Counted from the first letter of the stretch, positions 1 through 8,336 are shown. The stretch: DNA of 32,000 nucleotides from Ureibacillus yapensis (GCF_003515775.1 NZ_QWEI01000009.1:73381-105380); one strand, 5' to 3'. Translations and numbers: made by a program. Notes: generated by a model not told the origin, from the sequence alone.

Positions 1-18
1 AGTTTAAGCACATTTAAA

Positions 19-50
19 ATTAAATGGTGCAGAACAAAGCCTGATTCGAA
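19..50 (-). repeat. possible degenerate short-form copy of the dispersed hairpin-repeat family
   Basis: attaaatgg...cctgattcgaa resembles the short form aaatggcctgattgctaaag at 28887-28913, but has a 12-nt insertion. Confidence 0.3.
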
Positions 51-139
51 CTTGCCCATTTACATTGGTTGCCTTGCTTTTCCATTCTCTGCTGCCCTAT
101 TCCTTTTTTCTTCGTAATTGGCCGATAACCTTGAATTTT

Positions 140-769
140 TTATTTGGATAAAAGCCTCAAGACTTCTTCCTTTGTTTTCACATCTTTCATATCTGTCATT
201 GCGAAATAAATGGAATTGCTTTCTACCGGTTCACGGTTGTCTTCTACCATTACATGCGTAATACTGGCGCCGCTTTCTTTAATCAACTGTTGCAATTCAA
301 AGAAACGTTCCAATTTTTCTTCTTTAAGCGAAGCCGGATCGATCGGCGTGGAAGAATATAATTTTAGAGTACGTTTTTTGGAACCTAAATAACTTACTTT
401 AAATTCTTCATCATAACTTTCAAATCCCAGTTGTTCAATCGCAGGAATCACTTTCTCTAATTTATGTAAAGCTTTGTCGGCCTTCAATGCTTCAGGATAA
501 TCATCAGTAATCGTATCAGTTGAAGGATTTAGTGTTGCTTTGAATAGTAGATCCGGATGTTTTTTCGGAAATACCACAAACGTAGGATGAGCAGCAATAC
601 CGTTTTCAATTACCTGTTCTACGCCAATTTTAAATCCATATTTCTCCTTTATATACTTTTCAACTTTTTGTGCATCCGTACTGTCAGCAAAGTACAGGGC
701 AATGCCTGCAACTAAGGAAAAAAGAATTATTATTAGAATAGGTTCCAAGTTTTTCTTCACTTGTTTCAC
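140..769 (-). CDS. hypothetical membrane-anchored protein
   Basis: 209-aa ORF. One N-terminal hydrophobic helix (ILIIILFSLVAGIALYF) is followed by a soluble domain. No family recognised. Confidence 0.6.
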   Translation of the reverse strand: MKQVKKNLEPILIIILFSLVAGIALYFADSTDAQKVEKYIKEKYGFKIGVEQVIENGIAAHPTFVVFPKKHPDLLFKATLNPSTDTITDDYPEALKADKALHKLEKVIPAIEQLGFESYDEEFKVSYLGSKKRTLKLYSSTPIDPASLKEEKLERFFELQQLIKESGASITHVMVEDNREPVESNSIYFAMTDMKDVKTKEEVLRLLSK

Positions 770-891
770 TCCAACTTTTGAAATTAATGTTACTTGATTG
801 CAGCAAAATTAAGATATGAATTTTTACTCCTACTTCACAACTTTTCCTCTCTCGATTCTGCCATCCTAATCTCTTTAAAGGTTATTCCACC

Positions 892-950
892 ATCTGGTCC
901 ATTAATGAAAAAAGTGCTGATCCATATTACAGAATTGCGCCCGATTGCAG
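892..950 (-). repeat. dispersed hairpin repeat, long form
   Basis: atctggtcc-attaatgaaaaaa-gtgctgatcc..gaattgcgccc-gattgcag. A6 tract gives U6 after the hairpin on the minus strand. Lies 94 nt downstream of the stop of 1044..1430. Confidence 0.8.
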
Positions 951-1043
951 ACTATATAACCCTCAAGTTTGTTGAAGAATGTAAACACATTATAGAAAAT
1001 ACAAGTCATATCATTTACTTAACTTTAATTCAAATTCTTCTAC

Positions 1044-1430
1044 CTAATCGTTCCATTCAATCTTAAATGGTATTAGCGCTAAAAGTGAGAACAATGGGAA
1101 AATCAAATATACAGACATTAAATCAACAATAGTTAAGAACCAAGCATCAATACAACCTATCAACATTAACCCTATAATATTAAACAAAATAATCGATACG
1201 ATTTTATTTTTAATCTTTTTAGAAATATAAATATTAATAGGAGCTGCCAAAACAATAGTAAAAAAATAAATTGCTAGATAGAGCATTACAAAAAGCATTA
1301 GATTCTCAAACATCGAAAGAGGCATTAAGTCCGATTCCGCCTCTCTCTCGATCAATAGAATACTTAACGTGGTAACTAATGCCACAATTATTGGTAATAG
1401 AAGCATTCTTGCTATATAATTTTTTCTCAT
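1044..1430 (-). CDS. small multi-pass membrane protein, hypothetical
   Basis: 128-aa ORF with about 4 hydrophobic segments. AAGAGGAAAG sits 4-5 nt upstream of the ATG. Confidence 0.55.
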   Translation of the reverse strand: MRKNYIARMLLLPIIVALVTTLSILLIEREAESDLMPLSMFENLMLFVMLYLAIYFFTIVLAAPINIYISKKIKNKIVSIILFNIIGLMLIGCIDAWFLTIVDLMSVYLIFPLFSLLALIPFKIEWND

Positions 1431-1690
1431 TTGACTTTCCTCTTTAAATTATTAAAATCCAGTTCTTAAGATGACCGTTCTCTCTATTAAAGAATTGCAA
1501 ATCAATTGTGGTAGATAGTCAATTAACTTATTAATCTTGCTGCTTAGATTTTAATTCAGCCCGTAATTTTTTTATTTCTTCCGTTTGTTCAAGAATATTA
1601 TTGTTCAATCTTCTTATTAAATCATATATAGCAATTTACTTCTTAGAAAAATAAAAAATGCCGGTTTATCGATATTAAAACCATAAATAT

Positions 1691-1709
1691 ATCTTAACAT
1701 TAATATTCA
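1691..1709 (-). promoter_or_regulatory. variant of the conserved extended -10 19-mer (TGAATATTAATGTTAAGAT on minus)
   Basis: 16/19 match to the 19-mer at 17056, 19627 and 24417. Contains a TGnTAAGAT extended -10. Directly abuts repeat copy 1716-1776. Confidence 0.4.
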
Positions 1710-1715
1710 ATTATT

Positions 1716-1776
1716 AAATGGCCCTTTTTATGATAGGAATGCTGATCCTATTACAGAATCGCGCCCGATTGTTTAA
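1716..1776 (-). repeat. dispersed hairpin repeat, long form (gctgatcc subfamily)
   Basis: aaatggccc-tttttatgataggaat-gctgatcctattacagaatcgcgccc-gattgttt. Confidence 0.8.
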
Positions 1777-1821
1777 GCATTGAACATATTGAACAAATAT
1801 GGTTCATGTTGAATTTACGAT

Positions 1822-1862
1822 AATAAATTAAAGCCCCGAATTCTTGACAAGGAATTCGAGGC
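1822..1862 (-). terminator. intrinsic terminator of the SASP-like gene
   Basis: Minus strand reads GCCTCGAATTC-cttgtcaa-GAATTCGGGGC (11 bp including one G:U), followed by TTTAATTTATT. Confidence 0.8.
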
Positions 1863-1893
1863 TAGTACAATTTACTTCTATAATTGGTTTTTA

Positions 1894-2103
1894 TTATCGA
1901 ATGTCGCAGTTGTTTGCATCACCATTACGGTTGCGTTTGAAATTAGCTTCGTTAATACGCTCTTCAAGTTCACTTGCAGCTCCGTTACGGTTGAAGTCAG
2001 CTTCTGCTGCAAATTCTTCACGATTATTTACATATTGGTTGCGATTGCGGTTAACGCTTGCTTCATTCGCAAACTCTTCTCGGTTGTTACGATTGTTAGC
2101 CAT
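1894..2103 (-). CDS. small Asn/Arg/Glu-rich repeat protein, candidate gamma-type-like small acid-soluble spore protein
   Basis: Start moved to MANNRNN (ATG at 2103), 7 nt after GGAGGTGA. Three repeats of about 20 aa carry EEFANEA, EEFAAEA and EERINEA, which resemble GPR cleavage sites (E-F-A-x-E). A forespore-type promoter lies upstream. Confidence 0.55.
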   Translation of the reverse strand: MANNRNNREEFANEASVNRNRNQYVNNREEFAAEADFNRNGAASELEERINEANFKRNRNGDANNCDIR

Positions 2104-2127
2104 CTTTATTCTCACCTCCACCACAGA

Positions 2128-2156
2128 TAGTTTGCGAAGAAAATTCCTTTATATTC
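2128..2156 (-). promoter_or_regulatory. candidate sigmaG/sigmaF-type promoter
   Basis: Minus strand reads GAATA-N17-CAAACTA, compared with the remembered consensus GHATR-N17/18-CATxxTA. Sits about 25 nt upstream of the RBS of 1894..2103. Confidence 0.5.
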
Positions 2157-2171
2157 TTCTAAGGCAAAATA

Positions 2172-2211
2172 TAAAAAAACTGCCCATTCCAAATACAAAG
2201 GCAGTTTTTTG
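2172..2211. terminator. weak bidirectional hairpin flanked by A-run and T-run
   Basis: aaaaaaACTGCC-15 nt-GGCAGTtttttt. The stem is only 6 bp. Confidence 0.4.
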
Positions 2212-2227
2212 TAGTTATTAAGTTAAC

Positions 2228-2264
2228 ACTAAGGATGACGCTCACCTTATTTCAAATTGCGCCC
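2228..2264 (-). repeat. dispersed hairpin repeat, right-half copy
   Basis: gacgctcaccttatttcaaattgcgccc aligns with gacgcatcccttatttcagaaaagcgcc at 23860. Confidence 0.55.
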
Positions 2265-2360
2265 TAGGCAAATTTATTCGATGATAACGCAGCAAGTGGA
2301 ATCGGACTTCAACCGATTCACCTATTGCTAAATAAATATAAATAATCGGTAATCGGCACC

Positions 2361-2397
2361 TAAAAATAGCACCTTTCAAACTGCTTGAAAGGTGCTT
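2361..2397 (-). terminator. intrinsic terminator downstream of the alcohol dehydrogenase gene
   Basis: AGCACCTTTCAA-5 nt-TTGAAAGGTGCT (12 bp). ATTTTTAGG follows on the minus strand. Confidence 0.7.
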
Positions 2398-2429
2398 TTC
2401 TCATTTCAATTTCGTACTTTGAGAATGTA

Positions 2430-3497
2430 TTAATTCATTTTTAAAATAGGTTTAATAACTGAACCATTCTCTGATTCTTCAAAGGCCTTATTTATTTGTT
2501 CAAAATCATAAAATTTTACCATTCGATCAAATGGAAATTGCCCCTTTTTATAGTAAGAAATCAATTCTGGAATAAATTTTTGTGGAATTGCATCACCTTG
2601 ACTTGTTCCTACAATACTGCCGCCTTTTAGTGCCAAGATTTCCAAAGGTATATTAAGGCTATAATCCGTCACGACAGTAGCCAGTTTTCCGAAAGTATCC
2701 AGCGATAGGATTGCTTGTTCAACTACCATATCTACTCCAGTCGTATCAAGTACATGCTGAACGCCTTTACCAGTAATTTCGTTGATTTTTTCCGCAACAT
2801 TTACATTGCGACTATTAATAGTAGCTGTCGCACCCAACTCTTCCGCAAGTTCCAAGCGATTATCATGGAGATCGATTGCGATAATATTTTCGCACCCTGC
2901 AATTTTAGCAGCCATAATTGCACTTAATCCAACAGCCCCGACTCCAAATACCGCAATAGAACTACCTGCTTCAGGTTTTAGCACATTTAAAACAGTACTA
3001 GCTCCTGTTTGCAAGCCACAACCTAGTGGAGCCGCCAATGCTAAGTCCATATCCTTATCAATTTTCACAATATTCCTTTCGTTAACGAGTGAGTATGTTG
3101 CAAATGAAGATTGTCCAAAGAATCTGGATACCAATTGATTGGTATCTTGATCTATATGACTATTTAAATTAAGGTCAGCATAATATCTGCAATGTGCAGG
3201 GTGATTAGCTAAACAATTATCACATTTTCCGCAACTTGCAAATGAGACAACCACATGGTCTCCTTTTTGAAGTTCAGTCACTTCAGATCCTATCTCTTCA
3301 ACAATTCCAGCGCCTTCATGACCCAGAACTGCGGGTGGATTGACCATACCTGTGTCTCTCCCTGAAACATCAGTATGGCAAATCCCGGATGCTGTTACTT
3401 TTATTAAAACATCTTTTGATCCAAGTTCAGGCAATTCAACGTCAGTGATTTCAAAAGGTTGTCCCGTTTTAGGTGTGACTGCAGCTTTTATTTTCAT
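2430..3497 (-). CDS. Zn-dependent medium-chain alcohol dehydrogenase (aryl/benzyl-alcohol dehydrogenase-like)
   Basis: GICHTD and GHEGAGIVEEIG catalytic-Zn motifs, a structural-Zn cluster CGKCDNCLANHPAHC, and a Rossmann motif VFGVGAVG. Confidence 0.9.
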   Translation of the reverse strand: MKIKAAVTPKTGQPFEITDVELPELGSKDVLIKVTASGICHTDVSGRDTGMVNPPAVLGHEGAGIVEEIGSEVTELQKGDHVVVSFASCGKCDNCLANHPAHCRYYADLNLNSHIDQDTNQLVSRFFGQSSFATYSLVNERNIVKIDKDMDLALAAPLGCGLQTGASTVLNVLKPEAGSSIAVFGVGAVGLSAIMAAKIAGCENIIAIDLHDNRLELAEELGATATINSRNVNVAEKINEITGKGVQHVLDTTGVDMVVEQAILSLDTFGKLATVVTDYSLNIPLEILALKGGSIVGTSQGDAIPQKFIPELISYYKKGQFPFDRMVKFYDFEQINKAFEESENGSVIKPILKMN

Positions 3498-3821
3498 AAT
3501 TATATTCTCTCCTTATGTAAAGTTTGTATTTGCTTTCTAATGGCAATTCACTCGTGGGAATGTCGCAGATAGCCTATCTTGGTTCCTCTTTCTGCAGCAC
3601 CATGAATAGACCTTCACTTTAAATTTGATTCCCCACCCGTATAAAAATAAACTTCATTTCAAATAAGGTTAGATTAATAAAAGCAACAATCGTCAGTTTT
3701 TTTACGGAAGAAACCCACTCACTTCCAATCCGTTCCAATCGTACAGAAATGAGTCCTTTTCTGAGCATACGAACGTATTTCTCCGAAGAAGGCAATTAGT
3801 GTGCGGAAGGGCGGCAAGCTC

Positions 3822-3883
3822 TTGGCCTTCATAAAAACAAACGCTGATCCTTATTGCTGAATCGCGCCCCTTAATGGAATAAC
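3822..3883 (-). repeat. dispersed hairpin repeat, long form with alternative right end
   Basis: cttggcc-ttcataaaaacaaa-cgctgatccttattgctgaatcgcgcccc-ttaatggaataac. Ends 8 nt from the stop of 3891..4511. Confidence 0.75.
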
Positions 3884-3890
3884 TGCACTA

Positions 3891-4511
3891 TTAGTAGGCG
3901 ATACCTACACGTGTTTTTATATAATCGCTGCTTTTTATTTGGCTAAATGCAAATTCTGCTGTATCCGGGACTGAAATTTTACTACCGCCCTCCGGTAAAA
4001 AATTAGGTTCTATTCGATATTTACCTAACCTTTCTCCATCCGGCAAATATGTAGGACAGACAATGGTCCATTCTAGGTTCGATTGTTGAAGCATATCGTA
4101 CACTTTATTATGTTCTTGGGCAGCGCGGACTGACTTTTGTTTTGATTCACTTGACTGGTAACGCAGTAATTTGGGGCTAATTCTACTTTGAAGGATTCCG
4201 GCAGTTCCAATAGTGATAATTCGTTTTATACCTTCTTTTTCCATAGCTTCGATAATAAATGGCATACTTTCCGATAAAGTGGTTCCCCCATCAGTATTGA
4301 GTGCACTAATAATCACATCAATTCCATAGATCGCACGTATGATATCATCTTTATTTAATACATTGCCTCGAAAAAGAGTCAAATTTTCATGGTTTATTTG
4401 AATCTTCTCTGGAGTGCGAACTAGTACAGTAACATGCTGTTTGTCTTCAAGGGCATAATTAACTAATTGACTTCCAACTCGTCCAGTTCCACCTAAAATT
4501 AATATATTCAC
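3891..4511 (-). CDS. NAD(P)H-binding atypical SDR oxidoreductase (YwnB/BVR-B-like)
   Basis: N-terminal ILILGGTGRVGSQL Rossmann motif in a 206-aa protein. GTG start with GGGAGG upstream. Confidence 0.85.
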   Translation of the reverse strand: MNILILGGTGRVGSQLVNYALEDKQHVTVLVRTPEKIQINHENLTLFRGNVLNKDDIIRAIYGIDVIISALNTDGGTTLSESMPFIIEAMEKEGIKRIITIGTAGILQSRISPKLLRYQSSESKQKSVRAAQEHNKVYDMLQQSNLEWTIVCPTYLPDGERLGKYRIEPNFLPEGGSKISVPDTAEFAFSQIKSSDYIKTRVGIAY

Positions 4512-4677
4512 TCTAAAAAGAACCTCCCTCTATGAATTCAATCATTACACTAAACCATTAAAACAATTTATATTTTTTAATTACGTTGGATGACTTAAAG
4601 TATATTATATATTTTCACAAACTCTTAAAATTTAGGATGAGATAATTTTCTTTGGAGAAGATGCTCCACAATCTCCC

Positions 4678-4747
4678 TCTTTTCATGAAGAAAGTACGCT
4701 TTCCTAATTTCAGAAAAGCGCCCTTTTATGGAATAACTAAATTTGTT
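4678..4747 (-). repeat. dispersed hairpin repeat, long form with alternative right end
   Basis: acaatctccctc-ttttcatgaagaaagta-CGCTTTCC-taatttca-GAAAAGCG-ccc-ttttatggaataac. Confidence 0.75.
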
Positions 4748-4796
4748 CTCATTAATAAAACCAATTATTTCATCAAATTACCGGTACTTCGAGATT

Positions 4797-4832
4797 AAGA
4801 AAAAGGCGACAACTATTATTTAGCTGTCGCCC
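4797..4832 (-). terminator. intrinsic terminator of the SEDS gene
   Basis: Minus strand reads GGCGACAGCT-aaataat-AGTTGTCGCC followed by TTTTCTT. Sits 30 nt after the stop codon. Confidence 0.8.
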
Positions 4833-4859
4833 TTTTTATCATCATTCTGATTTTTGACT

Positions 4860-6194
4860 TTAAATGTTTATATCATCTGCTATCGTTGGTTCCACAATAT
4901 CCTTTCTTCGATAAACATTTAAAATGAACCCTAAAACAGCAGCATAAAAAAGGATTGCACTTCCTCCATAACTAATAAATGGCAGGGAAACTTCCATGAT
5001 GGGCACGATTCCAAAGGCCATCAATATATTCCAAGTAGTAGGAACGGCAAATAATACAGAACCACCGATTACGATTAATCTCCCATAAAGATCTTTTGTT
5101 TTAAATGCATTTTTTGAGATTCTTAAAATAAAAATCAGCAGAACCAAGCAAAGACCGATTCCGAATGTCCAACCAAGAGAATAGACGAGGAAGGGGAAAG
5201 CAAAATCTGTATGTGATTCTGGCAACAATTGAAATTTCAAATCATTATTAAGCCCGTTACCGAACCATCCCGCTTCTGCAAGTACATTCCTAACGACCAT
5301 ATACATATATCCGGCTCCATTTGGATCGGCATTTGGGTTTATAAAAGTAGATAATCTAGTAAGAAAATAACTTTGGTGTGAGGTCGTAGTAATAATGATA
5401 ATGATGAAGATGATACCAGCCACTAGATTTGATACGACTAGGTTGATAGCTAATTTCTTATGAACACGTGCAAATGTAAACATTCCTAGTAAACAGAAAA
5501 AGTAAATGACCCCAACCATAAAGTTTGGCACTATCATGTAGAGCAATATGGGAATCCAAAATAAAACAAGAAGAAATCCTTGTTTTTTCCAACTGCGAAA
5601 CTCATTTATTTTGTTAAAAATACCGGCCCAAGCCAGGAAAAAGAAAAATAAACTCAATATAGTGCCATCGACCGTTAGGCCTGGAAGTGAAATCCATCTT
5701 TTTGCTCCGTTGACCGTATATCCAAATAAATAGAGATATACGTGAATGAACAAGCCGATAGCATAAAAGTGCATCCACCAATTCTTTGATTTTTGATAAT
5801 TAAAGGAAAGAAACCCAATAATCACAAGAGCAGCTAAGGAGTACCAGATAGCTTGTCTCCCCATAATATGGGTGATTGATGATGAAATCCCAGGAATTCC
5901 ACCAACTAACGGGAGAAAACTGATACTAGCAAAAATAACAAATAAAACAATTAGAATCCAATCCATTTTTGGCTTATGAAGGTGATTTAATTTCTCTCCA
6001 ATAATAAATGGATTTCCCATTTCTTGAATGGCCTTTTCTTCTGAATCTTCTTCAGAAAATCCTCTTTTTTTGTAAGATTGACTTAACTCTTGCAGATGAT
6101 GAGTAAGCTCTTTTTTTATCCTGTTGTGGGCCTCCGTAGATTTGACTTTGGAAGTGACTTTGCTTAAAAATTCTTCAAATTTGGGAGAACTCAT
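4860..6194 (-). CDS. SEDS-family (FtsW/RodA/SpoVE) protein with an N-terminal cytoplasmic helical domain (DUF1700/HAAS-like)
   Basis: C-terminal SLPFISYGGSAILF SEDS signature and about 10 TM segments. The first 75 aa or so (IKKELTHHLQEL...GFSEEDSEEKAIQEMGNP) match the helical prefix usually found beside PadR regulators. The ATG overlaps the upstream stop (ATGA). Confidence 0.85.
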   Translation of the reverse strand: MSSPKFEEFLSKVTSKVKSTEAHNRIKKELTHHLQELSQSYKKRGFSEEDSEEKAIQEMGNPFIIGEKLNHLHKPKMDWILIVLFVIFASISFLPLVGGIPGISSSITHIMGRQAIWYSLAALVIIGFLSFNYQKSKNWWMHFYAIGLFIHVYLYLFGYTVNGAKRWISLPGLTVDGTILSLFFFFLAWAGIFNKINEFRSWKKQGFLLVLFWIPILLYMIVPNFMVGVIYFFCLLGMFTFARVHKKLAINLVVSNLVAGIIFIIIIITTTSHQSYFLTRLSTFINPNADPNGAGYMYMVVRNVLAEAGWFGNGLNNDLKFQLLPESHTDFAFPFLVYSLGWTFGIGLCLVLLIFILRISKNAFKTKDLYGRLIVIGGSVLFAVPTTWNILMAFGIVPIMEVSLPFISYGGSAILFYAAVLGFILNVYRRKDIVEPTIADDINI

Positions 6195-6613
6195 AAAGAT
6201 GCCTCCGTTATGAAGGGATTAAGGGATAGTCCTTGTTTAGTGGTATCTTGTTTATAAGTAGCTAAGTATTTTTTACCTTTGGAGTTTAAAGAATAATATT
6301 TCTTGTTATTTATCCAATTTGAAGTAAGCATTTCTCTATTTTCTAATAGATGTAGCAGTGTATAAAGCTGCCCTTCATTTTTTTGGAAAGCACGTTCATT
6401 TTTTTGAAAAAGTTGGACAGAAATATTGTAGCCATCCTTTGATTCGTGCTGAACAGATTCTAATATAGCTATAATGGTTTCTGTATGAAATTGTGATTGC
6501 TGATTCGTACGAATGGCTTCACGCACGGCATTTTTTCTTTCATTAGAAAAAGAAAAATCCTTGAATATTGATTTTTCCATCGAACTCTTCAGGTTCTTAA
6601 ATGGATCATTCAT
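6191..6613 (-). CDS. PadR-like winged-helix protein with an N-terminal extension, in the position of an anti-sigma factor
   Basis: IIAILE..KDGYNISVQL..EGQLYTLLHLLENREMLTS..KKYYSLNSKGKKYL fits the PadR wHTH pattern. No TM segment and no Cys/His zinc motif. Coupled to both neighbouring genes. Confidence 0.7.
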   Translation of the reverse strand: MNDPFKNLKSSMEKSIFKDFSFSNERKNAVREAIRTNQQSQFHTETIIAILESVQHESKDGYNISVQLFQKNERAFQKNEGQLYTLLHLLENREMLTSNWINNKKYYSLNSKGKKYLATYKQDTTKQGLSLNPFITEASL

Positions 6614-6616
6614 CTC

Positions 6617-7168
6617 CTAAACCTCCTCTATCATCTTGTCTTTTAATAATTCCTTCGCACGCTTTAATCTCGTTTTTAATGTATTTATATTTACTGAAGT
6701 AATCTTGCTTATCTCTTTTAAAGACAGTTCTTCATAATAATGTAGAAATACGACTTCTCTGTACTTTAGAGGCAAATTCATGACGGCATTCGTTAAGCTA
6801 TTTTCTTCACTATGCTTGATAACCTCCTCTTCCACCTGTTTTGACTTAGAAGGAATATGGTCAAATACTTTATTGCTAAGCGTTATTTTGCGATAATGCC
6901 AGCTTCTTAAATAGTCCTTGCAGTGATTACTCGCAATGCGATATAGCCAAGTTTTTATTGTTGACTGCTGATTAAATTGATTTAATTTTTCATAACACTT
7001 TATAAATATCTCTTGTGCTAAATCTTCTGCTATGGTTCGGTTTTTTACATATGTATATACAAGATGCAGGATATCATCGCTGTATTCACGCATTAATTGA
7101 TCAATAATCTGCTCATGCTCATCCAGCATCATTTCATCTGTCACCGCCAATTGGTTTAGTTCATTCAT
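6617..7168 (-). CDS. ECF-type sigma-70 family RNA polymerase sigma factor
   Basis: Region 2 (DLAQEIFIKCYEKL...TWLYRIASNHCKDYLR) and region 4 (LSLKEISKITSVNINTLKTRLKRAKELL) are present. 183 aa. Confidence 0.9.
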   Translation of the reverse strand: MNELNQLAVTDEMMLDEHEQIIDQLMREYSDDILHLVYTYVKNRTIAEDLAQEIFIKCYEKLNQFNQQSTIKTWLYRIASNHCKDYLRSWHYRKITLSNKVFDHIPSKSKQVEEEVIKHSEENSLTNAVMNLPLKYREVVFLHYYEELSLKEISKITSVNINTLKTRLKRAKELLKDKMIEEV

Positions 7169-7195
7169 CTAGTTGTCACCCCCTCATATATCTTA

Positions 7196-7222
7196 GACGA
7201 AGCTACCCTTCATTCAGTTTGA
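7196..7222 (-). promoter_or_regulatory. candidate ECF-type (autoregulatory) promoter
   Basis: Minus strand reads TCAAAC-N17-CGTCTAA, about 25 nt upstream of the sigma ATG. This follows the AAC-N16/17-CGT architecture typical of Bacillus ECF promoters. Confidence 0.55.
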
Positions 7223-7265
7223 AAAAATATAATTTTTTTATGACCGTCTGTATTCTAGAGTATAA

Positions 7266-7300
7266 GTGGAAAAAGGAACAACCTCTTATCAGATTGTTCC
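7266..7300 (-). terminator. hairpin plus T-run, related to the short form of the repeat family
   Basis: Minus strand reads GGAACAATCTGATAAGAGGTTGTTCC followed by TTTTTCC. The arms carry the AACAATCTG / CAGATTGTT motif of the repeat termini. Confidence 0.5.
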
Positions 7301-7493
7301 AAAATGTTGTAGGTGGTAGGTTAGGTTGCTTTTAAGACTACTTATTCGACTAATGATCCCTTATTTCTCAGAAGGAACTGTAATTGCAACAGTTCTAATC
7401 AGAATTGCATATTGTTGTAAATCTGCATTTACCGTTACCAATTAGTTTAAGTGTAGACCTCCACAATATCTACTTTGCAAAATAATTGTTATT

Positions 7494-7558
7494 AAACAAT
7501 ATGGCCCTTTAGCTGAAGAAGGCACAATTCCTTTTCAAGAATTGCGCCCGAGTGTTGA
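7494..7558 (-). repeat. dispersed hairpin repeat, long form
   Basis: aaacaatatggccc-tttagctgaagaagg-CACAATTC-cttttcaa-GAATTGCG-cccgagtgttga. Lies 44 nt downstream of the stop of 7602..8336. Confidence 0.85.
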
Positions 7559-7601
7559 TTACAAAGATTCAAAATAATAAAGTGTTCCTGTTATAACCCC
7601 T

Positions 7602-8336
7602 TCATTCTCCTTCAACGATTTTTGCAAATTCATCAAGAGTTGTTGAATAATTGATATAAATCCGTGGCAAAAGATAGAGTTCGTCTTTTTTGCCCTTCTC
7701 AGAAAATAGTTCAGGTGTTGTCGTAAGTCCAAACAAATAGTATTTCTTCGTTTCTGCTACCACCTTATTATTGAAATTTCCGTAGGGGTACGCAAGAACA
7801 TTCACTGGTTTGCCCGTTATTTTTTGAATTTTATCTTTGGATTCTTTCAGTTCGTATTCATAATTGTTTATTTTCGTCAAATAAGGATGTGTAGCAGTAT
7901 GAGATTGAATTGAGATGATTCCCGAATCAGCCATCATTTTTAAATCCGATTTCGATAATCGGTTGGAGCGACCGATAAAGTCAGCAATAACAAAAATGGT
8001 ACCACTTGGTTTAAAACGGTCGGTTTTCAGTTTTTGAAAGATATCAAATGCATTGAGATTGTTTTTGTACCCATCATCAAAGGTAATGAAAATGGGTTTG
8101 TTTACTTTATCAATGTCTTGCCATCGATCAAAAGTTAATAATGTGAAGCCATGGTCTTTTAGATAAATCATTTGTTTCTCGAAATTTTTCGGTGTTACAT
8201 ATAACTCCTTAGCACCATGACCTTTAAATTCGTCAATTGAATGATATATTAAAATAGGTACTTTACGTTGAGCAGAAACTTGTGATGGAAGAATTAATAT
8301 AAGAAGACAAAGGAAAAACATTGCAACCTTTTTCAT
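7602..8336 (-). CDS. secreted polysaccharide deacetylase (NodB homology domain)
   Basis: Signal peptide MKKVAMFFLCLLILILPSQVSA, ITFDDGY motif and HTATHP motif. GAGGAG RBS. Confidence 0.9.
   Translation of the reverse strand: MKKVAMFFLCLLILILPSQVSAQRKVPILIYHSIDEFKGHGAKELYVTPKNFEKQMIYLKDHGFTLLTFDRWQDIDKVNKPIFITFDDGYKNNLNAFDIFQKLKTDRFKPSGTIFVIADFIGRSNRLSKSDLKMMADSGIISIQSHTATHPYLTKINNYEYELKESKDKIQKITGKPVNVLAYPYGNFNNKVVAETKKYYLFGLTTTPELFSEKGKKDELYLLPRIYINYSTTLDEFAKIVEGE

Noticed and set aside
40-60. A tRNA-like gattcgaac motif near the window start.
   Set aside because: No acceptor stem, D-arm or T-arm (GGTTCGAATCC-type) context can be drawn. It is more likely a degenerate repeat arm.
794-1066. 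A 90-aa plus-strand ORF in the 770-1043 spacer.
   Set aside because: It runs straight through repeat copy 892-950, has no SD, and its low-complexity sequence is largely repeat-encoded.
1440-1690. A 25-codon coiled-coil-like ORF on minus (LNNNILEQTEEIKKLRAELKSKQQD) in the leader of 1044..1430.
   Set aside because: It has a TTG start without an SD and is too short to assess. It could be a fragment of an eroded gene.
2715-3540. Plus-strand ORFs overlapping the alcohol dehydrogenase gene (2715..2927, 2782..3138, 3340..3540).
   Set aside because: These are shadow ORFs antisense to a gene with clear catalytic motifs.
7300-7493. A possible small ORF or sRNA between the sigma operon promoter and repeat 7494. 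Signals are an orphan GTGGAGGT at about 7455-7462 on minus and the hairpin GGAACTGT-aattgca-ACAGTTCT at about 7373-7395.
   Set aside because: No start codon lies within a usable distance of the SD, and the only ORFs are 15 codons or fewer. The evidence is limited to generic hairpins, so it is not reported as a feature.
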